From a virus, in IMG/VR virus record IMGVR_UViG_3300027736_000021: DNA of 64,000 bases, one strand, 5' to 3'. Positions 47,706-57,499 of this stretch are shown here, one piece after another (positions within the stretch are counted from its first letter, which is position 1; each line of letters starts with the position of its first letter). The translations under genes were made by a program, and so were the position numbers. The notes below the pieces were generated by a model that worked only from the letters and a program-made list of their open reading frames with translations, had not been told where the DNA came from and ran no database searches.

Positions 47706-48988
47706 TGATTGATGATAAATTAATTGAAGAAATAGCCAAACAGGCTAAACCAAAGTATCAACAAGACTATTCTAACTTCAAACCTGGCGAAGATTATGTA
47801 ATGTATTCTGGCCAAATGTGGGACGAAAAAGAGTTTGCTGCTGGTCTAAAATCGTTTCTAACAGGTAAATGGTTACCAGCAGGTGAAAGAGTTGAGCAAT
47901 TTCAAATTAAGTTCTCAAAGAAATACAATGTAAAACAATCTCACATGGTTAATTCTGGTTCATCTGCCAATTTGGTGATGATGGCTGCTGTTAAGAAACA
48001 TTTAAATTGGCAAGATGGTGATGAAGTCATTGTATCACCAGTTGGATTTCCAACTACAATTGCACCACTCATGCAAAACAATCTTAAACCAGTATTCATT
48101 GATATTGAGTTTGATACATTGAACTTTGATGTGAATAAGATTGAAGAAAAGATTACAAAAAAGACCAAAGCAATTATTGTTTCTCCTGTATTGGCCAATC
48201 CGCCTGACATGGATATAATCCATGATATTTGTTACAGAAATAACCTTGTATTGATTGGTGATAATTGTGATTCACTAGGCACCAAATGGGATGGAAAGTT
48301 GATTACTGATTTATATTACTGCTGGTCAACATCATTCTATCCTGCACACCATATGTCAACAGGTGAAGGCGGTATGATTTCATCTAATGATGAAAAGTTA
48401 ATTGATACTGCTCGTTCTATTTCTTGGTGGGGTCGTGATTGTTATTGTGTTGGTTCAAACAATATGTTACCATGTGGAACTTGTGGTAATAGATTTGATA
48501 AGTGGTTGCCAGATTATGATGGCATTATTGACCACAAATATATTTTTGCTTATGCAGGTTACAACCTGAAGCCTCTTGATATGCAAGGTGCCATTGGTAT
48601 AGCACAATTAGAAAAGGTTGATTACATTCACGAGAAAAGAAAAGAACATAAAGAACGGCTAACCAAACTATTGCTTAAATATTTGAATGTTCGTGTTGCT
48701 GACAAACTAGATAAATCTGAACCATCATGGTTTGGTGTGCCAATTATTTGTGAAACACAAAAACAAAAAGAAGCTTTAGTTGCACACTTTGAAGCCAATA
48801 AGATTCAAACACGAAACTATTTTGCTGGTAATATTCTATTGCATCCAGGCTTTAAACACTTAGATGATGCGAGTAAATATCCATTGGCAAACAAAGCGTT
48901 ATCTCATGTATTTTTGTTAGGTTGTCCTCCATTTTGGAATGATGCAGTATTTGATTATATTGAAAAGGTGATTAAAAATGTTACTTAA
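47705..48988 (+). CDS. rfbH: NDP-4-keto-6-deoxyhexose 3-dehydrase (RfbH/DdhC-like, DegT family)
   Basis: NSGSSAN, SFYPAHH (His in place of the PLP Lys), WGRDCYC...CG Cys motif and DHKY. Confidence 0.88.
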   Translation: MIDDKLIEEIAKQAKPKYQQDYSNFKPGEDYVMYSGQMWDEKEFAAGLKSFLTGKWLPAGERVEQFQIKFSKKYNVKQSHMVNSGSSANLVMMAAVKKHLNWQDGDEVIVSPVGFPTTIAPLMQNNLKPVFIDIEFDTLNFDVNKIEEKITKKTKAIIVSPVLANPPDMDIIHDICYRNNLVLIGDNCDSLGTKWDGKLITDLYYCWSTSFYPAHHMSTGEGGMISSNDEKLIDTARSISWWGRDCYCVGSNNMLPCGTCGNRFDKWLPDYDGIIDHKYIFAYAGYNLKPLDMQGAIGIAQLEKVDYIHEKRKEHKERLTKLLLKYLNVRVADKLDKSEPSWFGVPIICETQKQKEALVAHFEANKIQTRNYFAGNILLHPGFKHLDDASKYPLANKALSHVFLLGCPPFWNDAVFDYIEKVIKNVT

Positions 48989-49169
48989 AAATGTAAATGA
49001 TTGTAATTTAATTGTTGAAACACAATCGACTAGAAACCCATCTGATTTAACTAAAATTACATTTAGACGAGAAATTTTAGATTCAAAAACCAAAAAAGTA
49101 ATTAGTTACAATAATTTTGATATGCATCTTACAAATGATGAAATCCAAAGGTTAAAACAAGCACTATGA
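48978..49169 (+). CDS. Hypothetical protein
   Basis: 63 aa, overlaps both neighbours. Confidence 0.5.
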   Translation: MLLKNVNDCNLIVETQSTRNPSDLTKITFRREILDSKTKKVISYNNFDMHLTNDEIQRLKQAL

Positions 49170-49981
49170 AAATTCAAGTATTTGGTGGCTCAGGCTTCGT
49201 TGGTTCTGAATTTACTAGACAGAATCCTGGTTGTATAGTAAATGCTCGTAATGATTATGAAATAAAAAGCCAAGATATTCTTTACATGATTTCTACTGTA
49301 ACAAATTACAATGTAAAGACTGACCCTTTTATTGACATTGATACAAATCTTACTATATTGATGAAAGTTTTACGACAATGTAAAAGTTCACCCGTAACAT
49401 TTAACTTTATCAGTTCATGGTTTGTTTATGGTGAAACAGAGATGCCTGCAACCGAAGAATCAAATTGTTATCCAAATGGATTCTATTCTATTACTAAACG
49501 ATGTGCAGAGCAATTACTAATCTCTTATTGTGAAACATTTGGTATCAAGTATCGTATTCTCCGTCTTGCTAATGTTGCAGGTTATGGCGATAAAAAGGCA
49601 TCACCACAAAAGAACGCACTTCAACATATGATTAATGAATTGAAGGCAGGCCGTGATGTGAATGTCTATGATGGCGGCAATCTTTACCGAGATTATATTC
49701 ATGTGAATGATGCCGCTAGAGCAATTAAACTCATCATGGAAAAAGGCGAAGTTAATACTACCTACAATGTGGGTAATGGGCAACCATTGTTATTCAAGGA
49801 TATGATTGAGTATGCCAAAGAATTAATTGGTGGGGAAGGCAAATTAGTGCCGATTGAAATTCCTGACTTCCATCGCACGGTACAAGTTCGTAGTATGTGG
49901 ATGCTATCTGATAAATTAAAATCATTAGGATACACTCCAAACTATGATATGAAGGCTATTATTGAGGACATGGTTAAATGA
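49166..49981 (+). CDS. NAD-dependent epimerase/reductase
   Basis: GGSGFVG, YSITK and RDYIHV. Confidence 0.88.
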   Translation: MKIQVFGGSGFVGSEFTRQNPGCIVNARNDYEIKSQDILYMISTVTNYNVKTDPFIDIDTNLTILMKVLRQCKSSPVTFNFISSWFVYGETEMPATEESNCYPNGFYSITKRCAEQLLISYCETFGIKYRILRLANVAGYGDKKASPQKNALQHMINELKAGRDVNVYDGGNLYRDYIHVNDAARAIKLIMEKGEVNTTYNVGNGQPLLFKDMIEYAKELIGGEGKLVPIEIPDFHRTVQVRSMWMLSDKLKSLGYTPNYDMKAIIEDMVK

Positions 49982-50700
49982 ATTTAATTTTGTATCAGGC
50001 ATACTATGATAACAGTCAGTTGCCTATTTTAGACTCTACATTTACCCCGTATGATAATACAGAAAATGCCAAACCAGAATTGCGGGAATATCCCATGTGG
50101 AAAAATCTATTAGAAAAACACAAAGATACCGATGTATATTGGGGTCTTTTATCGTGGCGTTGGATGCAAAAGACAGAGTTGCCTTCTTCTGAGTTTCGTG
50201 ATTGGATTTTGGCCAATCCTGATTACGATGTGTATCACATGGATCCAAGTTTAGAAGTTACAGCAAACTATATTAATCTTTGGGTGCAAGGTGACCAATG
50301 GCATCCCGGTATGCTGAAGTTTGCAAATCGTTTATTTCCAAAAATTGGTATCACCGAGAAGGCTGAAGAATTAGTTTATAAGTCTGATGATTTTGCTACT
50401 TGCAATTATTATATTGGCAACTCAAAGTTTTGGACAGAATGGTTAACATTCCTTGATAACACATTAGAGATTTGTCGTGGAGATGGAGAACTATATAATT
50501 ACCTCTATCGTGATGGTAAAGGATATAACGGCTCATGGATCCCATTCTTTTCATTTGTAACGGAAAGATTGTTATCTATTTTCTTAATTCAAAATAGGCA
50601 CATAAAAGTTAAGAAGTTTCCCATTGAACACTCATGTTATGCAAAACGATTTGGCTCACAATTTCACCAGTTTGTAGAAGAATATAATAAAAAGAAATGA
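49978..50700 (+). CDS. Glycan-related hypothetical protein
   Basis: WGLLSWR, HPG, CNYYI and FVTERL; sits in the sugar island. Confidence 0.5.
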   Translation: MNLILYQAYYDNSQLPILDSTFTPYDNTENAKPELREYPMWKNLLEKHKDTDVYWGLLSWRWMQKTELPSSEFRDWILANPDYDVYHMDPSLEVTANYINLWVQGDQWHPGMLKFANRLFPKIGITEKAEELVYKSDDFATCNYYIGNSKFWTEWLTFLDNTLEICRGDGELYNYLYRDGKGYNGSWIPFFSFVTERLLSIFLIQNRHIKVKKFPIEHSCYAKRFGSQFHQFVEEYNKKK

Positions 50701-51476
50701 TTAATCAATTTGATTACGAAAAACTCAATAAAGAGTATAATGAAGGCAAACCCTTTCGCCATGTAGTAATTGACAATTTCTTTGACGATGAAACAGCATT
50801 GAAATTATCTTCTGAATTTCCTGACTTTAATGACCCAAACATTTGGTCTGTATATAAGAATCCCATTGAAAACAAAAAACTGACACCTAATTGGGACTTG
50901 TTTCCTAAAGAAACATACAAGGCCTTTTCTTTGATGAATACACCAGAGTTTGTGGATAAAGTCCGTAAAATTACTGGTATTGATAATTTAGAAGCAGATT
51001 ATGGACTACATGGTGGTGGATGGCACATGACTGCTCGTGGTGGTAAATTGAATATGCACAAAGATTATTCAATTCATCCAAAACTTGGTAAAGAAAGACG
51101 ATTAAATATCATTATCTACATGACACCAGATTGGCAAGAAGAATGGAATGGTGGTTTAGAATTCTGGTCACACGATGAAGAAAAGAATCTACCAAAAGAA
51201 TGTGTAACCAAATTATACAATAAGTTTAATCGTGCGGTTCTATTTGATACCGCAGACAATTCGTGGCATGGACTACCAACAGAACTCCAATGTCCAGATG
51301 GTGTGTATCGTAAGTCATTGAATATCTACTATCTTTCAGAAGCTCGTGAACAAGCAGAAAAACACGATAGAGCCATGTTTGCACCTTATGGAGAGCAGGC
51401 AAACAATCAAGAAATACTAGATTTGATTAAGAAAAGGTCTAGTTCCAAAACATCCTCAGAAGCATACAGAACATAA
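50697..51476 (+). CDS. 2OG-Fe(II) oxygenase
   Basis: PFRHVVIDNF, GGGWH, HKD, SWHG and RKSL. Confidence 0.88.
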   Translation: MINQFDYEKLNKEYNEGKPFRHVVIDNFFDDETALKLSSEFPDFNDPNIWSVYKNPIENKKLTPNWDLFPKETYKAFSLMNTPEFVDKVRKITGIDNLEADYGLHGGGWHMTARGGKLNMHKDYSIHPKLGKERRLNIIIYMTPDWQEEWNGGLEFWSHDEEKNLPKECVTKLYNKFNRAVLFDTADNSWHGLPTELQCPDGVYRKSLNIYYLSEAREQAEKHDRAMFAPYGEQANNQEILDLIKKRSSSKTSSEAYRT

Positions 51477-51480
51477 ATTG

Positions 51481-51488
51481 TATAAATA
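51481..51488 (+). promoter_or_regulatory. T4-type late promoter TATAAATA
   Basis: Exact consensus before 51524. Confidence 0.85.
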
Positions 51489-51523
51489 GACTATAATCAT
51501 AATTAAACGCTGTAGAGGCGGAG

Positions 51524-53989
51524 ATGAAATTTAGAGAATTTATACAAGAAGCACCAGAGAAGCACGCCGTCCTTGCCTTTGGCAGGATGAATCCGCCTAC
51601 AACCGGCCACGCCAAGTTGGTGGATAAGGTCAAAGAGGTTGCTAAGTCTGTTGGTGGTTCACACCATGTTGTTCTCTCTCACTCACAGGATCCTAAAAAG
51701 AATCCTCTCTCCGCAAAAGATAAACTCAAACACGCAAAACGGTTCTTTCCTGACACCAATCTGTCAACTTCAAATAAAGAATCTCCTACTTTTCTTGACC
51801 AAGCGGCTAAACTCCACAAATCTGGTGTAACGCATTTACACATGGTGGCGGGTTCTGACCGCAAAGAAGAATACAAAAAGAAACTGGCACAATACAATGG
51901 ATCAGCCAAAGGCGCACTATTCAATTTTAAAAAGATTACTGTTCATTCTTCTGGTGAAAGAGATCCTGATGCTGAAGGCACAGAGGGAATGTCAGCATCA
52001 AAAATGAGAAGTCATGCTTCAACAGGCAACTTCAAAGAATTTAAGAAAGGCATTCCATCTCATGTTGAACCAAGCCATGCAAAAGAATTGTATAGTGATG
52101 TTCGTAAACACATGGGCATTAAAGAATCTGTTGATGAAGCATTTGAAGAATTATTGAATGAAGGTGTGCATGACAAAGGCATTTTCAAAGCAGTATTTCT
52201 AGCAGGTGGTCCTGGTTCTGGTAAAGATTATGTTTTAGATAACACACTTGCTGGTAATGGCATGGTTGAGATTAACTCTGATAAAGCTTTAGAGTTCTTG
52301 ATGGATAAAAAAAATCTAAGCAAGACGATGCCTGCATCTGAGAAGATTGAAAGAGATTTGGTTCGTGGTCGAGCCAAGAACATGACCGAGTTACGCCAGC
52401 GTTTAGCACTACAAGGTCGTAATGGTTTGATTATCAATGGCACAGGTGATGACCATGAAAAGATTAAAACAATTAAATCTCGCCTTGAAGAATTAGGCTA
52501 TGATACATCAATGATTATGGTCAACACACGAGATGAAGTATCCGCTTCACGAAATGTTGAAAGAGGTTCTCGTGGTGGTCGTACCGTACCTGAAGATGTT
52601 CGCAAACAAAAATGGGACGCCGTTCAAAAAGCAAGACCAGAGTTAGCAAAACTATTTGGTGACAAGTATGCTGAGTTTGATAACTCTGAAGATTTAAGAG
52701 TTGCACGACCAGAAATAGTGCAAGCAAAAAAAGAAGAACTTTTGAACCTATACAAAGGTATTCAGAAGTTTATAAAAGCACCACCAAAAACAGACCAGTC
52801 TAAAGAATGGGTAGCAAATGAGTTGCAGAAAAAAGATACGATGCCAATTGATAAGAAAACTGATGCAATACCACATCCTAATTCTGCTGCTTCTACTGAA
52901 GCACGAAAACTTGGTTTAGAATACTACGGCTTTGGTCGCTATGGTAAAGATAGAAAAACATTGTATCGCTCGGTACATGATAAACTAGTTAAGGTTTCTG
53001 ATGCAGAACCATCACAACCAAATATTCCAATTTCAGGTTCATCTATGAAATCACAGAAAAAAATTAATGAAGAATTTGAAGAATTATTTGAGGCTAAGAA
53101 ACCAACAGCACTTGATAAGTTTCGTCAAGCTGCAGCTGAAAGAGAAAAGAAACATGATGAAATTGAAGCTAAACGCAAAGAAGCCGCAGCACAAGGCAAA
53201 GAAAATATGTCTGGTGCAATTGACCGTTTAGAGAAACAAGTTAACAAAGAAGAAGTTGAAAAAGTAAATGAAATTTCAGTTGATTCAGCATCCAATTATA
53301 TTAAAAAAAGAACATTTGGTTATGTAAAAACAATGAAAGGCCAAGTTCAACCTTCTGATGTATATAACAAAATGTCAGATAAACACCAAGCAGGTATCAA
53401 TCGTGCTATGGATAGAGTTGTTAAACCAGTTAAAGAAGAAGTTAAGTTAGACCATAAAAATTTATTAAAAGACTATAACGGCAAAGTAAAAACATTTATG
53501 CTTCGCCGTTCAGCAGCAAAAGAAGCCCACATCAATGGTGGTGTAGTCCACAAGATGGGCAATGGATATGTTATTAAAATTAAGGAGAATGAAGATGCTA
53601 AAAGCACTAATCAATTATTTGAAAATCAAACCAACAGTATCGCCATGCGAGGACAAACCAGTAGAAGCTCCAAAGGCGGAAGAGCCAGCGAAGAAAGAAA
53701 CTGTCAAGAAGGCTACAACACGGGCAAAATCACCCTCAGTCAAATCCGCTCCAAGAAAGAAAAAGTAAGCGAATCAATTGATAGAGGAATTGAACCAGGA
53801 CTTTCAATGGCCCAATCTGGTGAAAACTTTAGTAGACCTGCAGGTGAGAAATTGACCAAGAAAGGTCGAGTTGTTACTGAGTTAACTGGTGATGAAACAA
53901 CAGCCAGTATTGGTGACCAAAAAGAAGATGAACTTAAAAAGAAAGGCATTAGTTTATTGTCATTCAGAAAAAGAAATTACGCACTATGA
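51524..53989 (+). CDS. Cytidylyltransferase-fold NTase + P-loop kinase + small modules, with a capsid-targeting-like N-terminus
   Basis: MKFREFIQE; FGRMNPPTTGH and MSASKMR; GGPGSGK, INSD and RGGRTVP. Confidence 0.8.
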   Translation: MKFREFIQEAPEKHAVLAFGRMNPPTTGHAKLVDKVKEVAKSVGGSHHVVLSHSQDPKKNPLSAKDKLKHAKRFFPDTNLSTSNKESPTFLDQAAKLHKSGVTHLHMVAGSDRKEEYKKKLAQYNGSAKGALFNFKKITVHSSGERDPDAEGTEGMSASKMRSHASTGNFKEFKKGIPSHVEPSHAKELYSDVRKHMGIKESVDEAFEELLNEGVHDKGIFKAVFLAGGPGSGKDYVLDNTLAGNGMVEINSDKALEFLMDKKNLSKTMPASEKIERDLVRGRAKNMTELRQRLALQGRNGLIINGTGDDHEKIKTIKSRLEELGYDTSMIMVNTRDEVSASRNVERGSRGGRTVPEDVRKQKWDAVQKARPELAKLFGDKYAEFDNSEDLRVARPEIVQAKKEELLNLYKGIQKFIKAPPKTDQSKEWVANELQKKDTMPIDKKTDAIPHPNSAASTEARKLGLEYYGFGRYGKDRKTLYRSVHDKLVKVSDAEPSQPNIPISGSSMKSQKKINEEFEELFEAKKPTALDKFRQAAAEREKKHDEIEAKRKEAAAQGKENMSGAIDRLEKQVNKEEVEKVNEISVDSASNYIKKRTFGYVKTMKGQVQPSDVYNKMSDKHQAGINRAMDRVVKPVKEEVKLDHKNLLKDYNGKVKTFMLRRSAAKEAHINGGVVHKMGNGYVIKIKENEDAKSTNQLFENQTNSIAMRGQTSRSSKGGRASEERNCQEGYNTGKITLSQIRSKKEKVSESIDRGIEPGLSMAQSGENFSRPAGEKLTKKGRVVTELTGDETTASIGDQKEDELKKKGISLLSFRKRNYAL
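53589..53768 (+). CDS. Nested out-of-frame small Lys/Ala/Pro-rich protein
   Basis: SD AAGGAG at 53582-53587; ATG 53589 or 53595 (the latter better spaced); MLKALINYLKIKP...KKK. Confidence 0.55.
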   Translation: MKMLKALINYLKIKPTVSPCEDKPVEAPKAEEPAKKETVKKATTRAKSPSVKSAPRKKK

Positions 53990-54291
53990 AAAGACTAAAA
54001 GATTTTTTAAATGAAGCTGCGCCTGCATGGCAACGCAAAGAAGGTAAAAATTCTGAGGGCGGTTTAAACCGCAAAGGAATTGAATCTTATCGCCGGGAGA
54101 ATCCTGGTTCAAAACTTTCAATGGCAGTTACAACAAAGCCATCAAAATTAAAACCTGGCTCAAAGGCAGCCAATCGCCGCAAATCATTCTGTGCTAGAAT
54201 GGGTGGCATGAAGAAGCGTTTGACTTCTGCTAAAACTGCCAATGATCCAGATAGCAGAATCAATAAAGCTTTAAGAAAATGGAATTGTTAA
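53986..54291 (+). CDS. Conserved small basic phage protein with a capsid-targeting-like N-terminus
   Basis: MKRLKDFLNE; GGLN.KG, RRKSFCARM and LRKWNC. Confidence 0.75.
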   Translation: MKRLKDFLNEAAPAWQRKEGKNSEGGLNRKGIESYRRENPGSKLSMAVTTKPSKLKPGSKAANRRKSFCARMGGMKKRLTSAKTANDPDSRINKALRKWNC

Positions 54292-54304
54292 AAAAGGAAC
54301 TAAG

Positions 54305-55828
54305 ATGACTACAACAAATGAAAAATTAAGAAATGTAGCTGAAATTGCTGCTCGTATTATGATGGGCGAAAAGGCCTTGCATCCAAATCAACAGAAATTG
54401 GATGTGCATGAGCCAGAGAAAGATAAGTTAACAGCAAAAGACTTTGAAATGCTTCGTGCAGGTAAAAAAGCACCAGAAGTTAAAAAAGAAGAAGTTGAAC
54501 TTACAAGAGAAGAAGCAGAGATGCTTGCTTCGTTGTCACAAGAAGAATTTAATTCTTTAACCGAAGAAGAACAAGACCTCTTTATTGAGTATTTTCAACC
54601 ATTGGATGAAATTTCAACTGGTGCCGCAAAAAATTATTTGAAGAAAGCAGTTCCTTCTTCATCCAAATTAAATCAAAAATCAGCAAAACCGGGTGAAGAT
54701 AAAGCATCAGAAACCAATTATATGGATATGGATGCTCCATATGAAACAAAAGAATTTCAAAAGTTTTCAAAACGGCGCACAGGTATTAGAAAAGCAATTA
54801 CTAAACTTGCGTCTGCTCATCCCGATAACAAAAAATTAGCAACAACAGCAAGACAAGCGTTTAACAAAATACACAATGCAAATTATAGAATTGGAATGGA
54901 TGGTGCAAAGAACACACCAAATGATGTAAAACACGTTAAACAACAACACTCTATCATACACAAAGCCGTAAACTCTATGAAAGAAGCAGCTGAACAGATT
55001 GAAGAAATGGAAATTGTAAAAACTGCAACAGGAATGAGAGTTTATGGTTCTTCATATGGTGATTCAGCCAAAGCACGCCGAGACCAAGTCAAGCGTCCTG
55101 TTGATGATGTTAAGGGACCAAAGATGAAAGAACTCTCCGACATTGAAGCAGAAAAGAAAAAGAAAAAGAAAATGTCTGAGATGGTTGCATTGTATCAAGA
55201 GCAAGGCCTCAAAGGTTTGTTTGCATCATTGGTAAAAGAAGAACCAGATAATGAGCAATTCACTAAAGAATTGGAAGCACAAAAAGCAAAAAATGCTGGT
55301 CAAGGTAAAAAAGCAGAAGTTGCTAAGGCAGAAGTTTTAGCTGTTCAAGAAGAAGAATTTGAAGTTGTAATGGATGAACCAAATGGTTACGCAGAAGCAA
55401 CTATTGAAGAGCGCTCAATGACAGAACCAGAGATGAAGAAAAAAGAAGAAATTGTTAAGTCAATGAAGAAAGGTATTTCTGGTTTCAAAGACCGTTACGG
55501 TGACCGTGCAAAGAATGTAATGTATGCAACGGCTACTAAGAGAGCAATGGGTGAAGAAGTTGAGCAAATTGAAGAAGGAACTCCTGAAGGCTATCAACGC
55601 CGTGATGGAAAACTTATTCCTAAAATTCATCCAACAATGACTCCGCATGAGCATGGATATGATTATACAATGCAAAGTATTGAAGATGCTCCTTCAAAAG
55701 CTAAAATTCATAGTCAGCATAAAGAAATTGTAAAAGATAATCCTCATCCACAAGGAAGTAAAGAGCATAAAGATTGGGAAGCAGGAACAAATAAAGCTAA
55801 AGCTGACCATCTAAAAGATTTTTCTTAG
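54305..55828 (+). CDS. Modular probable head-internal protein
   Basis: Basic modules separated by acidic (I/L/V)xE linkers. Confidence 0.6.
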   Translation: MTTTNEKLRNVAEIAARIMMGEKALHPNQQKLDVHEPEKDKLTAKDFEMLRAGKKAPEVKKEEVELTREEAEMLASLSQEEFNSLTEEEQDLFIEYFQPLDEISTGAAKNYLKKAVPSSSKLNQKSAKPGEDKASETNYMDMDAPYETKEFQKFSKRRTGIRKAITKLASAHPDNKKLATTARQAFNKIHNANYRIGMDGAKNTPNDVKHVKQQHSIIHKAVNSMKEAAEQIEEMEIVKTATGMRVYGSSYGDSAKARRDQVKRPVDDVKGPKMKELSDIEAEKKKKKKMSEMVALYQEQGLKGLFASLVKEEPDNEQFTKELEAQKAKNAGQGKKAEVAKAEVLAVQEEEFEVVMDEPNGYAEATIEERSMTEPEMKKKEEIVKSMKKGISGFKDRYGDRAKNVMYATATKRAMGEEVEQIEEGTPEGYQRRDGKLIPKIHPTMTPHEHGYDYTMQSIEDAPSKAKIHSQHKEIVKDNPHPQGSKEHKDWEAGTNKAKADHLKDFS

Positions 55829-55836
55829 GATCTAAA

Positions 55837-57465
55837 ATGAAAAAGTTTTCTGAATTTCTTACTTTACGAGAGAGATGCTGGACTGGTTTTAAATCAGTAC
55901 CAGGTAAAAAGCCTTACTCACCTGGTTCTTGCGTGAAAGAATCTGCTGCGACAGCAATAGCAGCGGCCACAGCTATTTCAAAAAAGAAATCAGGAAATTA
56001 TGATGAGAAAGGTTTTAGAAAAACTTCGTATAAGAATCCAGACCATCCAAATCGCAAATCTAATACTGAAAGAGAAGCTGAACTTAAAGAAGATTTGCGT
56101 AAATGGTTTAGTAAAACTGATCCTTCTGGTGATTGGAAAAGAATCAACAGTAAGGGTGAAGCAATTGGCCCATGTGCAAGAGAACCTGGTGAGCCTAAAC
56201 CAAAATGTATGTCTAAAGCAAAAAGAGCATCATTATCAAAGAAAGAACGAGCATCTGCTGTAGCAGCAAAAAGAAAACATGATCCAAATCCTGAAAGACA
56301 GGGCAAACCTATTAATGTATCTAATTTTGGAAAAGGAAAGATAAGCGAAAATATGGAAAACTTAGACGAAAAAAATGTACCAACGAGTCCAGAGAAATGG
56401 GCTCAAGCAAAGGCACAAGCCAAAGCCAAGTTTGATGTTTATCCATCAGCTTATGCAAATGGTTGGGCTGCAAAGAAATACAAAGCCATGGGTGGTAGTT
56501 GGAAATCAGTATCGGAAGAAACTGAAATTGATGAAGGTGCAGTACCAGCTAAAGAGAAAACTGTTACTGTTCGCCACAAAACTTCTGGCAAAGAATTAGT
56601 TGTTACTGCTGAGAAAGCAAAACAGTTAAAACAACAAGATTATCACCCAATCAAAGAAGCTATTAAAGATAAATTTGATATTGGTGAGTATGACCAAGAA
56701 GGTGATATGGCCAAATCTGACTTGCGTTCTATTATTGCTAATGCAAAGAAAATGCATGACATGATTAAAGATGATGATAATCTTCCAGAGTGGGTTCAAT
56801 CTAAGATTACTAAAGCTGAAGATTACATTTCAACTGTTGCAAATTATATGGCCGCAGAAATGAGCGAAGAAGTTAAACAGATTGATGAACTGTCCAATAA
56901 AACTCTTTATTCTTATCTGCGAAAAACTGGAGGTGTAAAAAGTTCCACAGAAGTTCATCCAAGAAATACAAGCAATGTTCCTCACGATTTGCAATATCAA
57001 GCACAAGACAACGCAAAAAGTAGAATAAATGCAAGAAAAGGACATGGTTCTGTTGCTCCAAAAGGTTATGCAAAAGAAGAAGTGCAAATGGAAGATGCCG
57101 TTGGTTTAGCTAAACCAAAAACTGGTTTAACTGCAGCTGCAAAAACATTAGCACCTCAAACTCGTGTTGCAGAAGCATCTAAACCTCCTTTTGATAAGCC
57201 ATACACCACAATCAAAGGAACTGTAACAGATAAATCTGGTGCAAAACACACACCAATGAGTCGTGCTCGTGATATTGCTCGCATGGCTATGAAGAAGCAA
57301 ATAGAGAAAATGAAGCAACCAGTAAAAGAATCTTTAGATGAATCTCGCAGAATGGAGATTGTTCGTGAAGCAATGAAGGTTGCAAAGAAGAAAAAAGAAA
57401 CCATGGCAGCAGATGACAAGTATCAGCCTGATCCAATGTTATCAAGTCAAATAACCAAGACATAA
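55837..57465 (+). CDS. Modular probable head-internal protein
   Basis: MKKFSEFL; modules CWTG..CVKE, EDLRKWF..PC..PKC, YPSAYANGW and LPEWVQSKIT. Confidence 0.65.
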   Translation: MKKFSEFLTLRERCWTGFKSVPGKKPYSPGSCVKESAATAIAAATAISKKKSGNYDEKGFRKTSYKNPDHPNRKSNTEREAELKEDLRKWFSKTDPSGDWKRINSKGEAIGPCAREPGEPKPKCMSKAKRASLSKKERASAVAAKRKHDPNPERQGKPINVSNFGKGKISENMENLDEKNVPTSPEKWAQAKAQAKAKFDVYPSAYANGWAAKKYKAMGGSWKSVSEETEIDEGAVPAKEKTVTVRHKTSGKELVVTAEKAKQLKQQDYHPIKEAIKDKFDIGEYDQEGDMAKSDLRSIIANAKKMHDMIKDDDNLPEWVQSKITKAEDYISTVANYMAAEMSEEVKQIDELSNKTLYSYLRKTGGVKSSTEVHPRNTSNVPHDLQYQAQDNAKSRINARKGHGSVAPKGYAKEEVQMEDAVGLAKPKTGLTAAAKTLAPQTRVAEASKPPFDKPYTTIKGTVTDKSGAKHTPMSRARDIARMAMKKQIEKMKQPVKESLDESRRMEIVREAMKVAKKKKETMAADDKYQPDPMLSSQITKT

Positions 57466-57468
57466 ATA
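57461..57468 (+). promoter_or_regulatory. Late promoter variant CATAAATA
   Basis: One mismatch to consensus; precedes SD AGGAG and ATG 57500. Confidence 0.6.
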
Positions 57469-57499
57469 GACAATAAACCGATTTTTTAGGAGAAACAAA

